Source: Nitrospirota bacterium
Lineage (GTDB): Bacteria; Nitrospirota; Thermodesulfovibrionia; Thermodesulfovibrionales; JdFR-86
Direction: 5' to 3'
Assembly: GCA_963721805.1 (NCBI GenBank)
Contig: CAVRJY010000002.1
Location: forward strand, 64,001-128,000
Length of the DNA: 64,000 nt
In this document: piece by piece, positions 29,959 through 39,586 of the stretch
How positions within the stretch are numbered: position 1 is the first letter of the stretch
Layout of the letters: each line of letters opens with the position of its first letter
Translations under genes and position numbers: made by a program
Notes under the pieces: model-generated
What the model was told of the DNA's origin: nothing
What the model saw: only the letters and a program-made list of their open reading frames with translations
Database searches by the model: none

Positions 29959-30551
29959 GACGCACGCTCTGGATAGCACTCGCGTTGCTCATCTGCGCCA
30001 TGATGTCCGGCGAGGCCAGCGCCGCGCGCACCGCCGAGGTGAGGCCGAAGGAGTTAGTGGTGCATAAGCGCGCCTCGGCCGCATCCCCTGTGCTTACGAG
30101 GCTCATGACCGGGCAGAGGGTGGTCGTGCAATCCGAGGCCTCGGGCTGGTGCCGGATCTCGGTGCCCGGCGGGAAGAAGCCCATCGGCTACGTGCCATGC
30201 GACGCCTTGCAAACCCCATCCGCGCCGCAGCCGGCCGCATCCGTGCCGGCCGCGCCTCAGCAGCTCGCCTCGCTGCCCGCCCCGGGTCCGCGCCCGTATT
30301 CGGACATCACCGTGAAGCTTTACATGGCCGACTGGTGAGGGTACTGCAAGAGGGCGCGTGCGTTCCTCAAGGGCCTTGGGGTGAAGGTCGTGGAATATAA
30401 CATCGAGAAGGACGAGGCAGCAGCCGAGCGCCATCGCGCGCTCGGGGGCCGTGGCGTGCCCCTGATCGACGTCGAGGGCATTATCATCCCCGGCTACGGA
30501 GAGGACGAGGTAAAAGCTGCGATCGAGAAACGCTCCAGGGAACCTAAATAG
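29955..30551 (+). CDS. Exported SH3b + glutaredoxin (NrdH-like) selenoprotein; in-frame TGA at 30336-30338 read as Sec
   Basis: Signal peptide, SH3-like domain, Pro/Ala linker, then KLYMADW-U-GYCKRARAFL...GGRGVPLIDVEG; frame stays open to TAG at 30549-30551. Confidence 0.85.
30350..30368 (+). promoter_or_regulatory. Putative bacterial SECIS hairpin
   Basis: GAGGGCGC-GT-GCGTTCCTC begins 11 nt after the UGA, with G in the apical region. Confidence 0.65.
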
Positions 30552-31915
30552 TAAAAGTTATCCTGAACTCCGTCCCGCGCTCCCTGCTTATCCGCACCGC
30601 GCCGCCGATCTGTCCGACGAGCGACCGTATGATCACGAGCCCGAGGGATTTCGAGCTCTCCAGATCCACCTCGGGCGGAAGCCCGATGCCGGTATCCCTG
30701 ACGGCCAGCTCGTATGCGCAATCGCCCGCGGACCTGAGCGAGACGCTCAGCTCACCGCCCGCCTCGCCGGGGAAAGCGTGCTTCAGCGCGTTTGAGACGA
30801 GCTCGTTTACGATCAGCCCCAGCGGTATGACGGTATCGACGTCGAGCATGACGTCTTCTATGTCGCAGCTAAGCGTCACGGCCCTCGTGTCGTCGTCATA
30901 GGCGTCGAAGACCAGGGCCGCGAGGTCGCGGAAATATTTTGATGCGTCTACCTTCGAGGTGCCGCCGGCGTCCTGCAGGATCTGGTGTATCATCGATATG
31001 CTCTTGACCCGGTTTCTGGCGTCGATGAGGTAGCCCTTCGAGAGCTTGTCGTCGACGTTTGCGAGCTGCGACGAAAGCAGACTCTGCACTATCGCGAGGT
31101 TGTTCTTGACCCTGTGGTGTATTTCCCTGATGAGCATCTCTTTCTCGTCGAGCGACCTGCGGAGCTCGGCCTCCATCCGGTGGACGGCCTCGTACGCGGC
31201 CTCCATGTTGCTGAAGATCGACCGCCAGTAGGTCTGCTGCCTCCTGCCCTCGGCCATGAGCCCGAGGCACTTGCACAGCAGGTCGCGCGCCTCGCCGCCC
31301 TGCAACGTCAGGTCCGGCGGGCAGGCGTCCGCTGCCAGGAGCGCGTTTACGCGTGCTCCGCCATGGCCGTGGAACCTGATCCTGAAGAAGTCCCTGTTGT
31401 CGCCGTTGTCGACCTCGATCAGGTCGAGGTCCATCGCGGCCGACATCCCGCCGAGGATGATCCCCCGTTCGAGGTCGCGGTTAAACGGGGTTGTGCTGCG
31501 CACGAGCGCGGTGCCGGCCCTGTTCGTCGATCGAGACGAGGCTGAAGTTGCCGAGCATCGCCTCGGGGCCGCGCACGACGCTGCGGTATCCGTCCGAGCC
31601 GCCCTGGAAGCGGAGGAAGTCCACGCCGCTTTTTATGAGCTCGCGGCCTGGGCCGAAGTTATACCAGTTGTCCATCATGCTCTGGCCGATCCGCTCGAGG
31701 ATCGGCTCGGGGTCGCGGTATTTCTCGACCACGATCCCCTGGAGCTCGAAGAGCACCTTAAGCGGATACCAGCCCGTGACGCTGATGTCCTGTATGATAT
31801 CGTCGACCGCGCCGCCGGCGATAATCTGGAGGTTCACGCTGGAAGTGACGAACCCGTATAGCAGCGCGCCCAGCACCTCGAGCCCGGCATAGTCCTTTTG
31901 AGGGCTATTGTCCAT
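30544..31915 (-). CDS. HisKA_2 sensor kinase with an uncharacterised (V4R-like?) N-terminal domain (frameshift near 31520)
   Basis: REIHHRVKNNL, NELVSNALKHAFP, DTGIG, SLGL; N-terminal part in ORF 31481-31915. Confidence 0.8.
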
Positions 31916-32534
31916 AGACCTCCGCCGAGAAGAAGTTCTCGGCCTTTTCGCGCCCTATGGTGGTGGCCGGGCCGTGGCCCGGCAGCACGGCCGTATCGTC
32001 AGGCAGCGACATGAGCCTCTTGTACGACTGCTTTGAGCTTCTGCCATGCTGCCGCCGGGGAAGTCCGTCCTGCCGACCGAGCCCATGAAGAGCGTGTCTC
32101 CGGTGAGCACGACGCCCTGCGCATAGAGGCTGATGCTGCCGGGGCTGTGGCCCGGAGTGTGGATTACGGTGAAGGACAGCTCTCCGGCGTCGACCGTGTC
32201 GCCTTCTTTCAGGAGCACGTCGGGCGGGGGCATCGCGGGCATCTTGTACCCCCACATCGCGCCCTGCTCCGTGACGGCCGCGTACATCTCGCTGCTCGTC
32301 GCGGTGCAGGGCCAGCTTCGCGCCGGTCTTCTCCTTGAGCGCGGGCACCGCGCCCACGTGGTCGAAGTGGCCGTGCGTGAGCACGATCATGCGGACGTCG
32401 AGCCCCTCGATGGCCTCTTCAATGGTATCGGGGTCGTCGCCGGGGTCCACGATTATCGCCTTGCCGGTCGCCTCGTCGGCCAGTATGTAGCAGTTGACCT
32501 CAAGCGGCCCGGTCTGCACGCTGGTTACGATCAT
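31905..32534 (-). CDS. MBL-fold metallo-hydrolase (YcbL/GloB-like), frameshifted
   Basis: [44 protein letters not shown] spread across frames. Confidence 0.88.
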   Translation of the reverse strand: MIVTSVQTGPLEVNCYILADEATGKAIIVDPGDDPDTIEEAIEGLDVRMIVLTHGHFDHVGAVPALKEKTGAKLALHRDEQRDVRGRHGAGRDVGVQDARDAPARRAPERRRHGRRRRAVLHRNPHSGPQPRQHQPLCAGRRAHRRHALHGLGRQDGLPRRQHGRSSKQSYKRLMSLPDDTAVLPGHGPATTIGREKAENFFSAEVYGQ

Positions 32535-34108
32535 CCGTTTGCTCTCCCGGAGAATTTTCTCTTTGCCGCCGCGAGCAGGAAATCGAACTCGTCGCTGCGA
32601 AGCAGCCTGCTTGCGCCCGCGTATACCGCGGCGCACAGTATAATCGTACCACACAGCCAGAGCGCCTTCACGGCCGAGTGGCCCGGGGCCTCCCATATGC
32701 GGGCCGCGCACCACGGCCCACGCCAGGGCGCCCATCACGGCCGAGGCCAGCGCGGAGCGCGCGACCGAGATGAGCGTCCCGCGCGCCCCGATGCCCCCGA
32801 GCTGGCGGCGCAGCAGATAAAACAGCACGCTGAAGTTGAGCATCGAGGCCAGCGCGTTTGCGAGCGCCAGGCCGTCGTGCTTCATCGGGCCCATCAGGGC
32901 GAGGCTCAGGACGATGTTCGCCCCCAGCGCGCAGGCGGCCACCATCACCGGGGTCCGCGTGTTCTGCATCGAATAGAACGTGGCCACGACGACGCGCACG
33001 CCGACGTACGCCCATATCCCGAGCGAATAGTACAGAAGCGCGCTCGCGGTGCCGAGCGTCGCGGCGTGGTCGAACCTCCCGCGCTCGAAGAGCATGTTTA
33101 TGATCGGCACCCGAAGCGCGATGAGCCCGGCCATCGCGGGCAGGCAGATAAACAGCAGCAGCCGGAGCGCGAACGCGAAGTCCTCCTTGAGCTTGCCGTA
33201 CTCGCGCCGCGCGGCGTGGCCCGAAAGCGAGGGCAGCACGGCCGTGCTCATCGCCACGCCGAAAACCCCGATGGGAAACTGCGCGAGCCGCATCGAGTAA
33301 AACAGGTACGTGATGCTGCCCTCGTGCAGGTACGAGGCCATGATGTTGCTGACCACGGTGTTGAGCTGCGCCACGGCCATCCCGACCGTGGCCGGCAGGA
33401 CGAGCTTCAGTATCTTGATGAGGCCCGGGTGCCGCAGGTCGCTGCTCAGGCTCAGGCTGTAGCCCTCGCGCCGGAACGCCGGGTGCTGTATCGCGAACTG
33501 CACCATGCCGCCGAGCACGACCCCGAGCGCCACCGCTGTAAGCGGGTCGACCCCCTGCCATCGAGAGCCCGACCATCGTGACGATGATCGCGACGTTAAG
33601 CGCGGCCGGGGCGAGCGCCGGGATGAAGAACACGCGCCTGCACGTTCAGCGCGCCCATCTGCAGCGCCGCGAGGCTGATGAACAGCAGGAAGGGCATCAT
33701 GATGCGCGTGAGCGCCACGGTGGTCGCGAACTTCTCCGGCTGCCCGGCGAAGCCCGGCGCTATCAGGGCTACTACGGCCGGGGCGAACACGATGCCAGCG
33801 ATACATACCGCCCCGGCCGCGATCAGTATGAACGTAAAGCACGACCTCACGACGTTTTTGGACTCGGCGGGGTTGGTGGCCTCGTACTCAGAGAGCACCG
33901 GGATCACGGCCGCGGACATCGAGCCCTCGGCGAAGAGGTCGCGCATGAGGTTCGGCACCCGGAAGGCGACGAAGAACGTGTCCGAGAGCCCGGTGGCGCC
34001 AAGGTAAAACGCGATCAGCATGTCGCGCATGTACCCCAGCACGCGGCTGATCATCGTCGCCGCGGACATCACGCCCGCGGCCCGCGCGATTTTCCCTTGT
34101 TCGCTCAT
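32531..34108 (-). CDS. murJ: Lipid II flippase MurJ, several frameshifts
   Basis: SRVLGYMRD, AFRVPNLMRDLFAEGSMS, RLAQFPIGVFGVA, FERGRF, HDGLALA. Confidence 0.93.
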
Positions 34109-34180
34109 TTACCAGAACCGCTCATCGCTCATTTACCAGAACCGCTCATCGCTCATTTATCAGATCCGCTCATCGCTCAT
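34109..34180 (-). repeat. 3x tandem 24-mer, each unit an ATG...TAA mini-ORF, directly upstream of murJ
   Basis: Minus strand: ATGAGCGATGAGCGGATCTGATAA then ATGAGCGATGAGCGGTTCTGGTAA twice, then the murJ ATG. Confidence 0.92.
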
Positions 34181-34279
34181 CCGTAATTATACACAAGGGG
34201 CGCAGGATATTTATGTTATTAATCAGGCTTATAAAACGTGCTTGCAAAGCGCGCGGTTAATTACTTATAATAAAAACTA

Positions 34280-35194
34280 ATGGGAATGGAAGACCACAAG
34301 CTGCGCGTGTTCTGCACCGTGGCCGAGACCAAGAGCTTTTCGAAGGCCTCGGAGATCATCCACCTGACCCAGCCCGCCGTGAGCCTCCAGATTCAGGCCC
34401 TCGAGGAGATCTACGAGACCAAGTTCTTCGACCGTTCGAGCAACACCGTCACGATGACGCCGGCCGGGGAGGCGCTCTACCGCTACGCCAAGGAGATCCT
34501 CACGCTGTATGCCACGCTGGACAAGGAGATCGGCGAGATCACGAACCTCGTCAAGGGCAGCATCAGCATCGGGGCGAGCACGACGATAGGCAACTACGTC
34601 CTGCCTGCCGTGATCTCGGAGTTCAAGCTCAAAAACCCGAAGCTCAAGATCCACCTCCTCGTCGGCAACACCAAGCGCATCGTCGACATGCTGAATTCCG
34701 GCAACGTGGACCTGGGGCTCGTCGAGGGCGAGGTCAGCAAATACCGGATCACGACCGAGAAGCTCGTAGGCGACGAGCTCACGTTGATCGTCCCGGCCAA
34801 CCACCCGTGGGCCAAGCGCAAGGAGGTCTCGATGGGGGAGCTCGCGCGCGAGCCGTTCATCTTCCGCGAGGAGGGCTCCGGCACCCGGCAGGTGATCGAG
34901 AAATACCTGTTAAAGCGCGGCATCACGGCCAACAGCATGAACATCACGACCGTGCTCGGCAGCACCGAGGCGCTCAAGGAGGCCGTGGAGAGCGGCATCG
35001 GGGTGTCTATCGTGTCGAGGTGGGCCGTGCGCCGCGAGAACCGCTACGGGAGCCTCAAGATCGTGAAGTTCAAGGAAGGCAAGATGCCGCGCGATTTCAG
35101 CCTGATCTTCAACAAAAACGCGATTTCCACCTATCCGGTCGAGGAGTTCCTCGCGTTCATCAGGAAGTTCAATTATTCAAAGCTTCTATCTTAA
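34280..35194 (+). CDS. LysR-family regulator (CysL-like / selenium-metabolism-associated type)
   Basis: SFSKASEIIHLTQPAVSLQIQALE, IGASTTIGNYVLP, REEGSGTR. Confidence 0.9.
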   Translation: MGMEDHKLRVFCTVAETKSFSKASEIIHLTQPAVSLQIQALEEIYETKFFDRSSNTVTMTPAGEALYRYAKEILTLYATLDKEIGEITNLVKGSISIGASTTIGNYVLPAVISEFKLKNPKLKIHLLVGNTKRIVDMLNSGNVDLGLVEGEVSKYRITTEKLVGDELTLIVPANHPWAKRKEVSMGELAREPFIFREEGSGTRQVIEKYLLKRGITANSMNITTVLGSTEALKEAVESGIGVSIVSRWAVRRENRYGSLKIVKFKEGKMPRDFSLIFNKNAISTYPVEEFLAFIRKFNYSKLLS

Positions 35195-35239
35195 CCCCCA
35201 GGCACCTCTCGTAATCCGCAAAAAAATTACCTCGTACGA

Positions 35240-36317
35240 TCACTCCGGAATTTTCGTGTAAAAACGCACTCCCACGACAGCGAAGACCGCCGGCACCGTC
35301 CATGCCGCAACGGCCGGCGGCACGATCCCGGCGTACCCCAGCGAGACCATCATCGCGTATCCGAAGAAATACAGCAGGCTTATCATGATGCCGAAGGCCG
35401 CCGCCACCATGCCCTTTAGCGTCCCTCGCCGCGGCGAACGAGACGCCGAGCATGACCATGATGAAGGATATCAGCGGGTATGCCACTTTCCCGTGCAGGT
35501 CGACCTCGAGGCTCTGGTTTTTGAAACCCGCGGACTTCAGCCTGCCGAGGTATGACGAAAGCTCGACGATGCCCATCTCGTTTGAATCCTGGGTGCTTTC
35601 CTTCAGCAGCTCGGGCGAGCCCAGGGAGTTGAAGATCATGCTCTTTTCGGTTGTAGTGACTCCGGTGTCGGTATCGAGCCTCGTCACGCCGCTGAGCGTC
35701 CAGTGCGGCGGGTTGCCCCCGGGCGCGTAGGTGGCCTCGGCGGCCTCTACTATCTCGGCCACGCGGTCGTCCGCGATGCGGTATATGCTCAGGCCCTTAA
35801 ACGTGTCGGTGTGCGGGACGTACAGGTCTATGCGCACCAGCGAGCCGTCGTCGGCCCTGATCCACATCGAGCCGTCTTTAAACATCGTGGTGGCGCTATG
35901 CCGGTGCTTGAGCTTGTCTTTGAGCACCCGCGCGGCGTGCGCGGTCTTGGGCACGCCGAACTCCCCGAGCGCGAACCCCCCGAGGCTGATCAGGACGCCG
36001 GCTATGAGGAAGGGCGCGAAGATGACCTTCAGCCTCCCACCCGCGGCCATCGCGGCCACGGTCTCTCTGGCGCGCACCGCGTTGCTCACGACGAAGATGC
36101 TGCACAGCAGCGACGACATCGGGATGACGTAGAGCAGGAACCCCGGAAACTTCAGGGCCGCGTACTTAAGCAGGCCGCTCGGGGGCGGGTCGAACTGTAT
36201 GAATCCGCCCAGTGACGAGAGCAGGTCCAGCAGGCTCACCGAGACCGAGAGCCCCAGCGAGAGCACCACGAAGAGCACTATGAAGTCCTTTAGGAAATAC
36301 CGCTGGAGGATGCTCAC
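35240..36317 (-). CDS. lptG: LPS export permease LptG (frameshift near 35420)
   Basis: ILQRYFLKDF, IPMSSLL, ETVAAMAAG, HGKVAYP; follows lptF. Confidence 0.8.
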
Positions 36318-37399
36318 AGCCTGTCGGCCCTCCTGAAGGTCCAAAACGATATCGCGCCCAGGACCATAGCGGGCCCCCAGGCCCCGAGCCATACCGGCAC
36401 CTTCCCGCCTAGCGCGAGGTTCTCGGCGTACATCAGCGACGCGTAATAGGAGGCGAACACCGCGATGCCGAGCACGAGGCCGCCGAGCCTCCCGGTCTTG
36501 CCGGCCTTGAGCGAGAGCGGAGGGCCGAGCACCATCAGGAGCATGCATATCGCGGGCATCGTGATCCGCCGCCAGAACTCCAGCAGCGCCCGTAGTTTGT
36601 CCTTGCCCGCGGCCTTCCCGGCCTCCTCAAGCAGCGAGAGCGTGCCGGCCTCGGTGTACCGCTCCGAGGGCCCCTCGTCCATCGCGCTTAGAGGCAGGCT
36701 GTAGCTGCCGAACTTAATCTCCGTCACGGCGCCGCCGCGTATGGCCTCGATCTGCCCGTCCCTGAGTTCGAGGACCGGGCCGCCCGCGCCTGCGGCGTTG
36801 ATGAGCCCGGTCTTCGCATAGAGCACCACCGGGGAGTCCTTGCGCCGCTGGTCGCGTATGAATACGCCGCCCAGGGTGTCGGGCGTGGGCTTGTCCCTGA
36901 CGTAGAGCACGACGTCTCCAAACGCGGTCTGGAATATCCCGGCCTCTATGGCGTACGGCGCGCGCCGGGCGAAGATGTCGTGGATCGAGAGGCGCAGCTC
37001 GCGCACGCACGCCGGGGCGAGCGAGGTGCTGAGTATTATCGAGCAGATGAACGCCCCGGCGCCCATCACTACCGAGCCGAGCGCGATGCGCCTGAAGGGC
37101 ATCCCGCTTGCGCGCAGCACGATCAGCTCGCTGTCCGTGTTCATGCGGCCGAAGCACAGCAGGATCGAGATCAGGAGCGCCATCGGTATCGTCAGCACCG
37201 TCACCTGCGGCTGGATCAGCGAGATGATGCGCATGAAGTCCGCGGCCGAGGCCCCCACAGAGGAAAGCGTCTGCGTCAGGCGGAGTATCTGCTCGGTCAT
37301 CATGATGAAATTCAGCGCGACCACCGAAAGCAGGAACGTGTGCATGAGCTCTTTGATGATCGCGCGGTCGATGGTCTTCATTACGGATATGATCCTCAT
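36314..37399 (-). CDS. lptF: LPS export permease LptF
   Basis: TIPMALLISILLCFGRMNTDSELIVLRASG. Confidence 0.85.
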   Translation of the reverse strand: MRIISVMKTIDRAIIKELMHTFLLSVVALNFIMMTEQILRLTQTLSSVGASAADFMRIISLIQPQVTVLTIPMALLISILLCFGRMNTDSELIVLRASGMPFRRIALGSVVMGAGAFICSIILSTSLAPACVRELRLSIHDIFARRAPYAIEAGIFQTAFGDVVLYVRDKPTPDTLGGVFIRDQRRKDSPVVLYAKTGLINAAGAGGPVLELRDGQIEAIRGGAVTEIKFGSYSLPLSAMDEGPSERYTEAGTLSLLEEAGKAAGKDKLRALLEFWRRITMPAICMLLMVLGPPLSLKAGKTGRLGGLVLGIAVFASYYASLMYAENLALGGKVPVWLGAWGPAMVLGAISFWTFRRADRL

Positions 37400-37544
37400 A
37401 ACAATGGAGATTTTACCGTAACCCCCCCGCATTTGAAAAGCAGGCGGCCCGGTGTGTTGTTTTTATGCCTCCAGTGTTGCAGATTTCATACGGTCTCTCG
37501 CCCCGCAATAATCGGAAATCGTTACGTTTTAGCGATATTCCCTT

Positions 37545-37560
37545 TGGCGTGCATATTGCA
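37545..37560 (+). promoter_or_regulatory. Sigma54-type promoter
   Basis: TGGCGTGCATATTGCA fits GG-N10-GC. Confidence 0.55.
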
Positions 37561-37688
37561 TGCAATTATTTGCGTGCTTATGCTGCTAGACTGTGTGTGT
37601 GTGGCAGGGTGCGTTGCCGGGTTGATGCCGGCTGCGTTCGGGAATACAAGGAGAATCCCGGAGGCATGGCGGGCGTAAGCCAAAAAGC

Positions 37689-37718
37689 TTGACAAAAAAA
37701 GCGGCGGCATGTTATATA
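37689..37718 (+). promoter_or_regulatory. Sigma70-type promoter of the porin gene
   Basis: TTGACA-N18-TATATA with extended TG. Confidence 0.6.
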
Positions 37719-37936
37719 TTCTGCCAATAGGTTAAACGGCGTATCTTTAAATGATTCATTAATTTATAGATCCCCGCCTCGGCGGGGGCCATAAAACTTA
37801 ATGGAGGTGATAGGAGGACGAGAGGGGCATCAAGGTAACGAACTGGCTTTCCCCGCCCCTGAAAAGGGGTGATTGAGACCGCCATAGGCGGCAGAGCCCG
37901 AGGGGGCGACCCCGAAGGCAAAAGATTCAAGGAGGG

Positions 37937-39262
37937 GTGAACTTGAAGAAGTTTATCGCAATAATACTTGGCACGATGTTCGTGCTTGCCCTCGCCGGAA
38001 GCGTATACGCTGCCGATCTCAGGGTCGGCGGGGACGCATACGTCGAAGGCGTCTGGACGGATAACTACGGCGGCATGCCGGGCGAGATACCGAACGGTGC
38101 AACCTTCGACAAGAACGAGAGATCCGACAGCAGGTATTGGGCTGAGAGGGTCGTCCTGAAGCTCGACGCGGTTTTGGAGAACGGCATCGAACTCAGGACC
38201 GCCTATGACGTCGTAGGCGGGTTCAAGTACCCCGCCCCGTGGGGCGAGGCGTACAGCAGTAGCAACAACCTTTTCGCAACGACCTATAACGACGGTTTCA
38301 TGACCGAGTACGCCTATATCCACGTGCCGCTCGGCAAGTTCACGGTCGACGCCGGCCACATGCTCTCAAGCTGGGGCGACGGCTTCGACAGCTTCGAGAC
38401 CCCCTGCGACCGCCTGAAGGTCTACTACAAAGTCAACGACACGGTCACCGTCGCCGGCTACGTCCGCAAGGACTACGAGTCGTTCTCGGTTGACAACGGC
38501 AAGGGCGACACCGACACCTATGAGCTGGAAGCCGTAGTCACCCCCGATGCCGCGACCAAGGCCGGCCTGGCCCTCTACTTCACGCAGGACCAGCAGGACA
38601 AGAGCTTCGACGATAGAGGCCCCGTATCACGTTCCAGGACGACCTGGAAGGCTGACGTATTTGCTAACACCAAGGTCGGCCCGGTGGCCGTCATGTCCGA
38701 GTTTGCCTACAGGAGCGCCAACAAGTCTTACGATCCGTCGAATAGTGCCGCTGATTCCCAGGGCTATGTCAACGGCTTCGGCCAGTTCGGCGGCTTCGTG
38801 CTCGTGCAGGGCGACGTAGCCCCCGTGACCCTGACCGGCGCGGTCGCGTTTGCGACTAACGGTTACGCCGCTGACGACGACTTCCAGCCGACGCTGCTGT
38901 TCGGCACGCGCAACAACCCGGTTGCCCTCATGGACTTCCAGTCCCTCGGCCGCCGCTCGACCACCTGGGCCGCACTTGCAGCCGCCGACTTCAAGGCCAA
39001 TGACTGCACGACCCTCCACGGCCTGCTCGCATATGCAAGCCTGGGCGATGGCCTGGGTGACGTAGCTGAGCATCCGGATGCGGACAAGGCCCTCGGCCTG
39101 GTCGAGGCCGACGCCACTGTCAAGTATCAGATCTCAAAGAGCACCGCATGGACCGTCGGCGCGACGATCGGAATCCCGACCGTCGTCCCGCACGAGACCG
39201 TATTTGACGGCCACAACAACAACGTCTACGGCGCGTTCCAGAGGCTGAGCGTCAGCTTCTAA
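37937..39262 (+). CDS. Major outer-membrane porin-like protein
   Basis: Signal peptide (VYA), Asp/Gly/Tyr-rich beta strands, C-terminal Phe, strong RBS and terminator. Confidence 0.8.
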   Translation: MNLKKFIAIILGTMFVLALAGSVYAADLRVGGDAYVEGVWTDNYGGMPGEIPNGATFDKNERSDSRYWAERVVLKLDAVLENGIELRTAYDVVGGFKYPAPWGEAYSSSNNLFATTYNDGFMTEYAYIHVPLGKFTVDAGHMLSSWGDGFDSFETPCDRLKVYYKVNDTVTVAGYVRKDYESFSVDNGKGDTDTYELEAVVTPDAATKAGLALYFTQDQQDKSFDDRGPVSRSRTTWKADVFANTKVGPVAVMSEFAYRSANKSYDPSNSAADSQGYVNGFGQFGGFVLVQGDVAPVTLTGAVAFATNGYAADDDFQPTLLFGTRNNPVALMDFQSLGRRSTTWAALAAADFKANDCTTLHGLLAYASLGDGLGDVAEHPDADKALGLVEADATVKYQISKSTAWTVGATIGIPTVVPHETVFDGHNNNVYGAFQRLSVSF

Positions 39263-39290
39263 GACAAACCGCATAAGCAGTCCCCTTGAG

Positions 39291-39326
39291 ACGGGGCGGG
39301 CCATGAAAAGCCCGCCCCGTTTTTTT
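39291..39326 (+). terminator. Rho-independent terminator
   Basis: ACGGGGCGGGC...GCCCGCCCCGT followed by a T run. Confidence 0.85.
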
Positions 39327-39586
39327 GTTGTCCGCGCGGCCCGGCGGGCCGCAATGAGCTGCCCCGCAGGCCCCCGCCGCAGGCCCTGACAGGGGCGCAT
39401 TTTTTGTCCCCCCTGGCGCAATGCAAAAAAACCTTTATTTCCCCGGCGATTTGGTCTATACTTTAAGCCAATACAGACAGAACGATAAGTTTCGCAACAC
39501 TGAAACCGTGTCGGCGCCTGTGGCGCGGGCACCCGGTGGTGCCGGACTTTTCCGGCAGGGGACGAAAAGCATGAAGGAGGGAGTGA

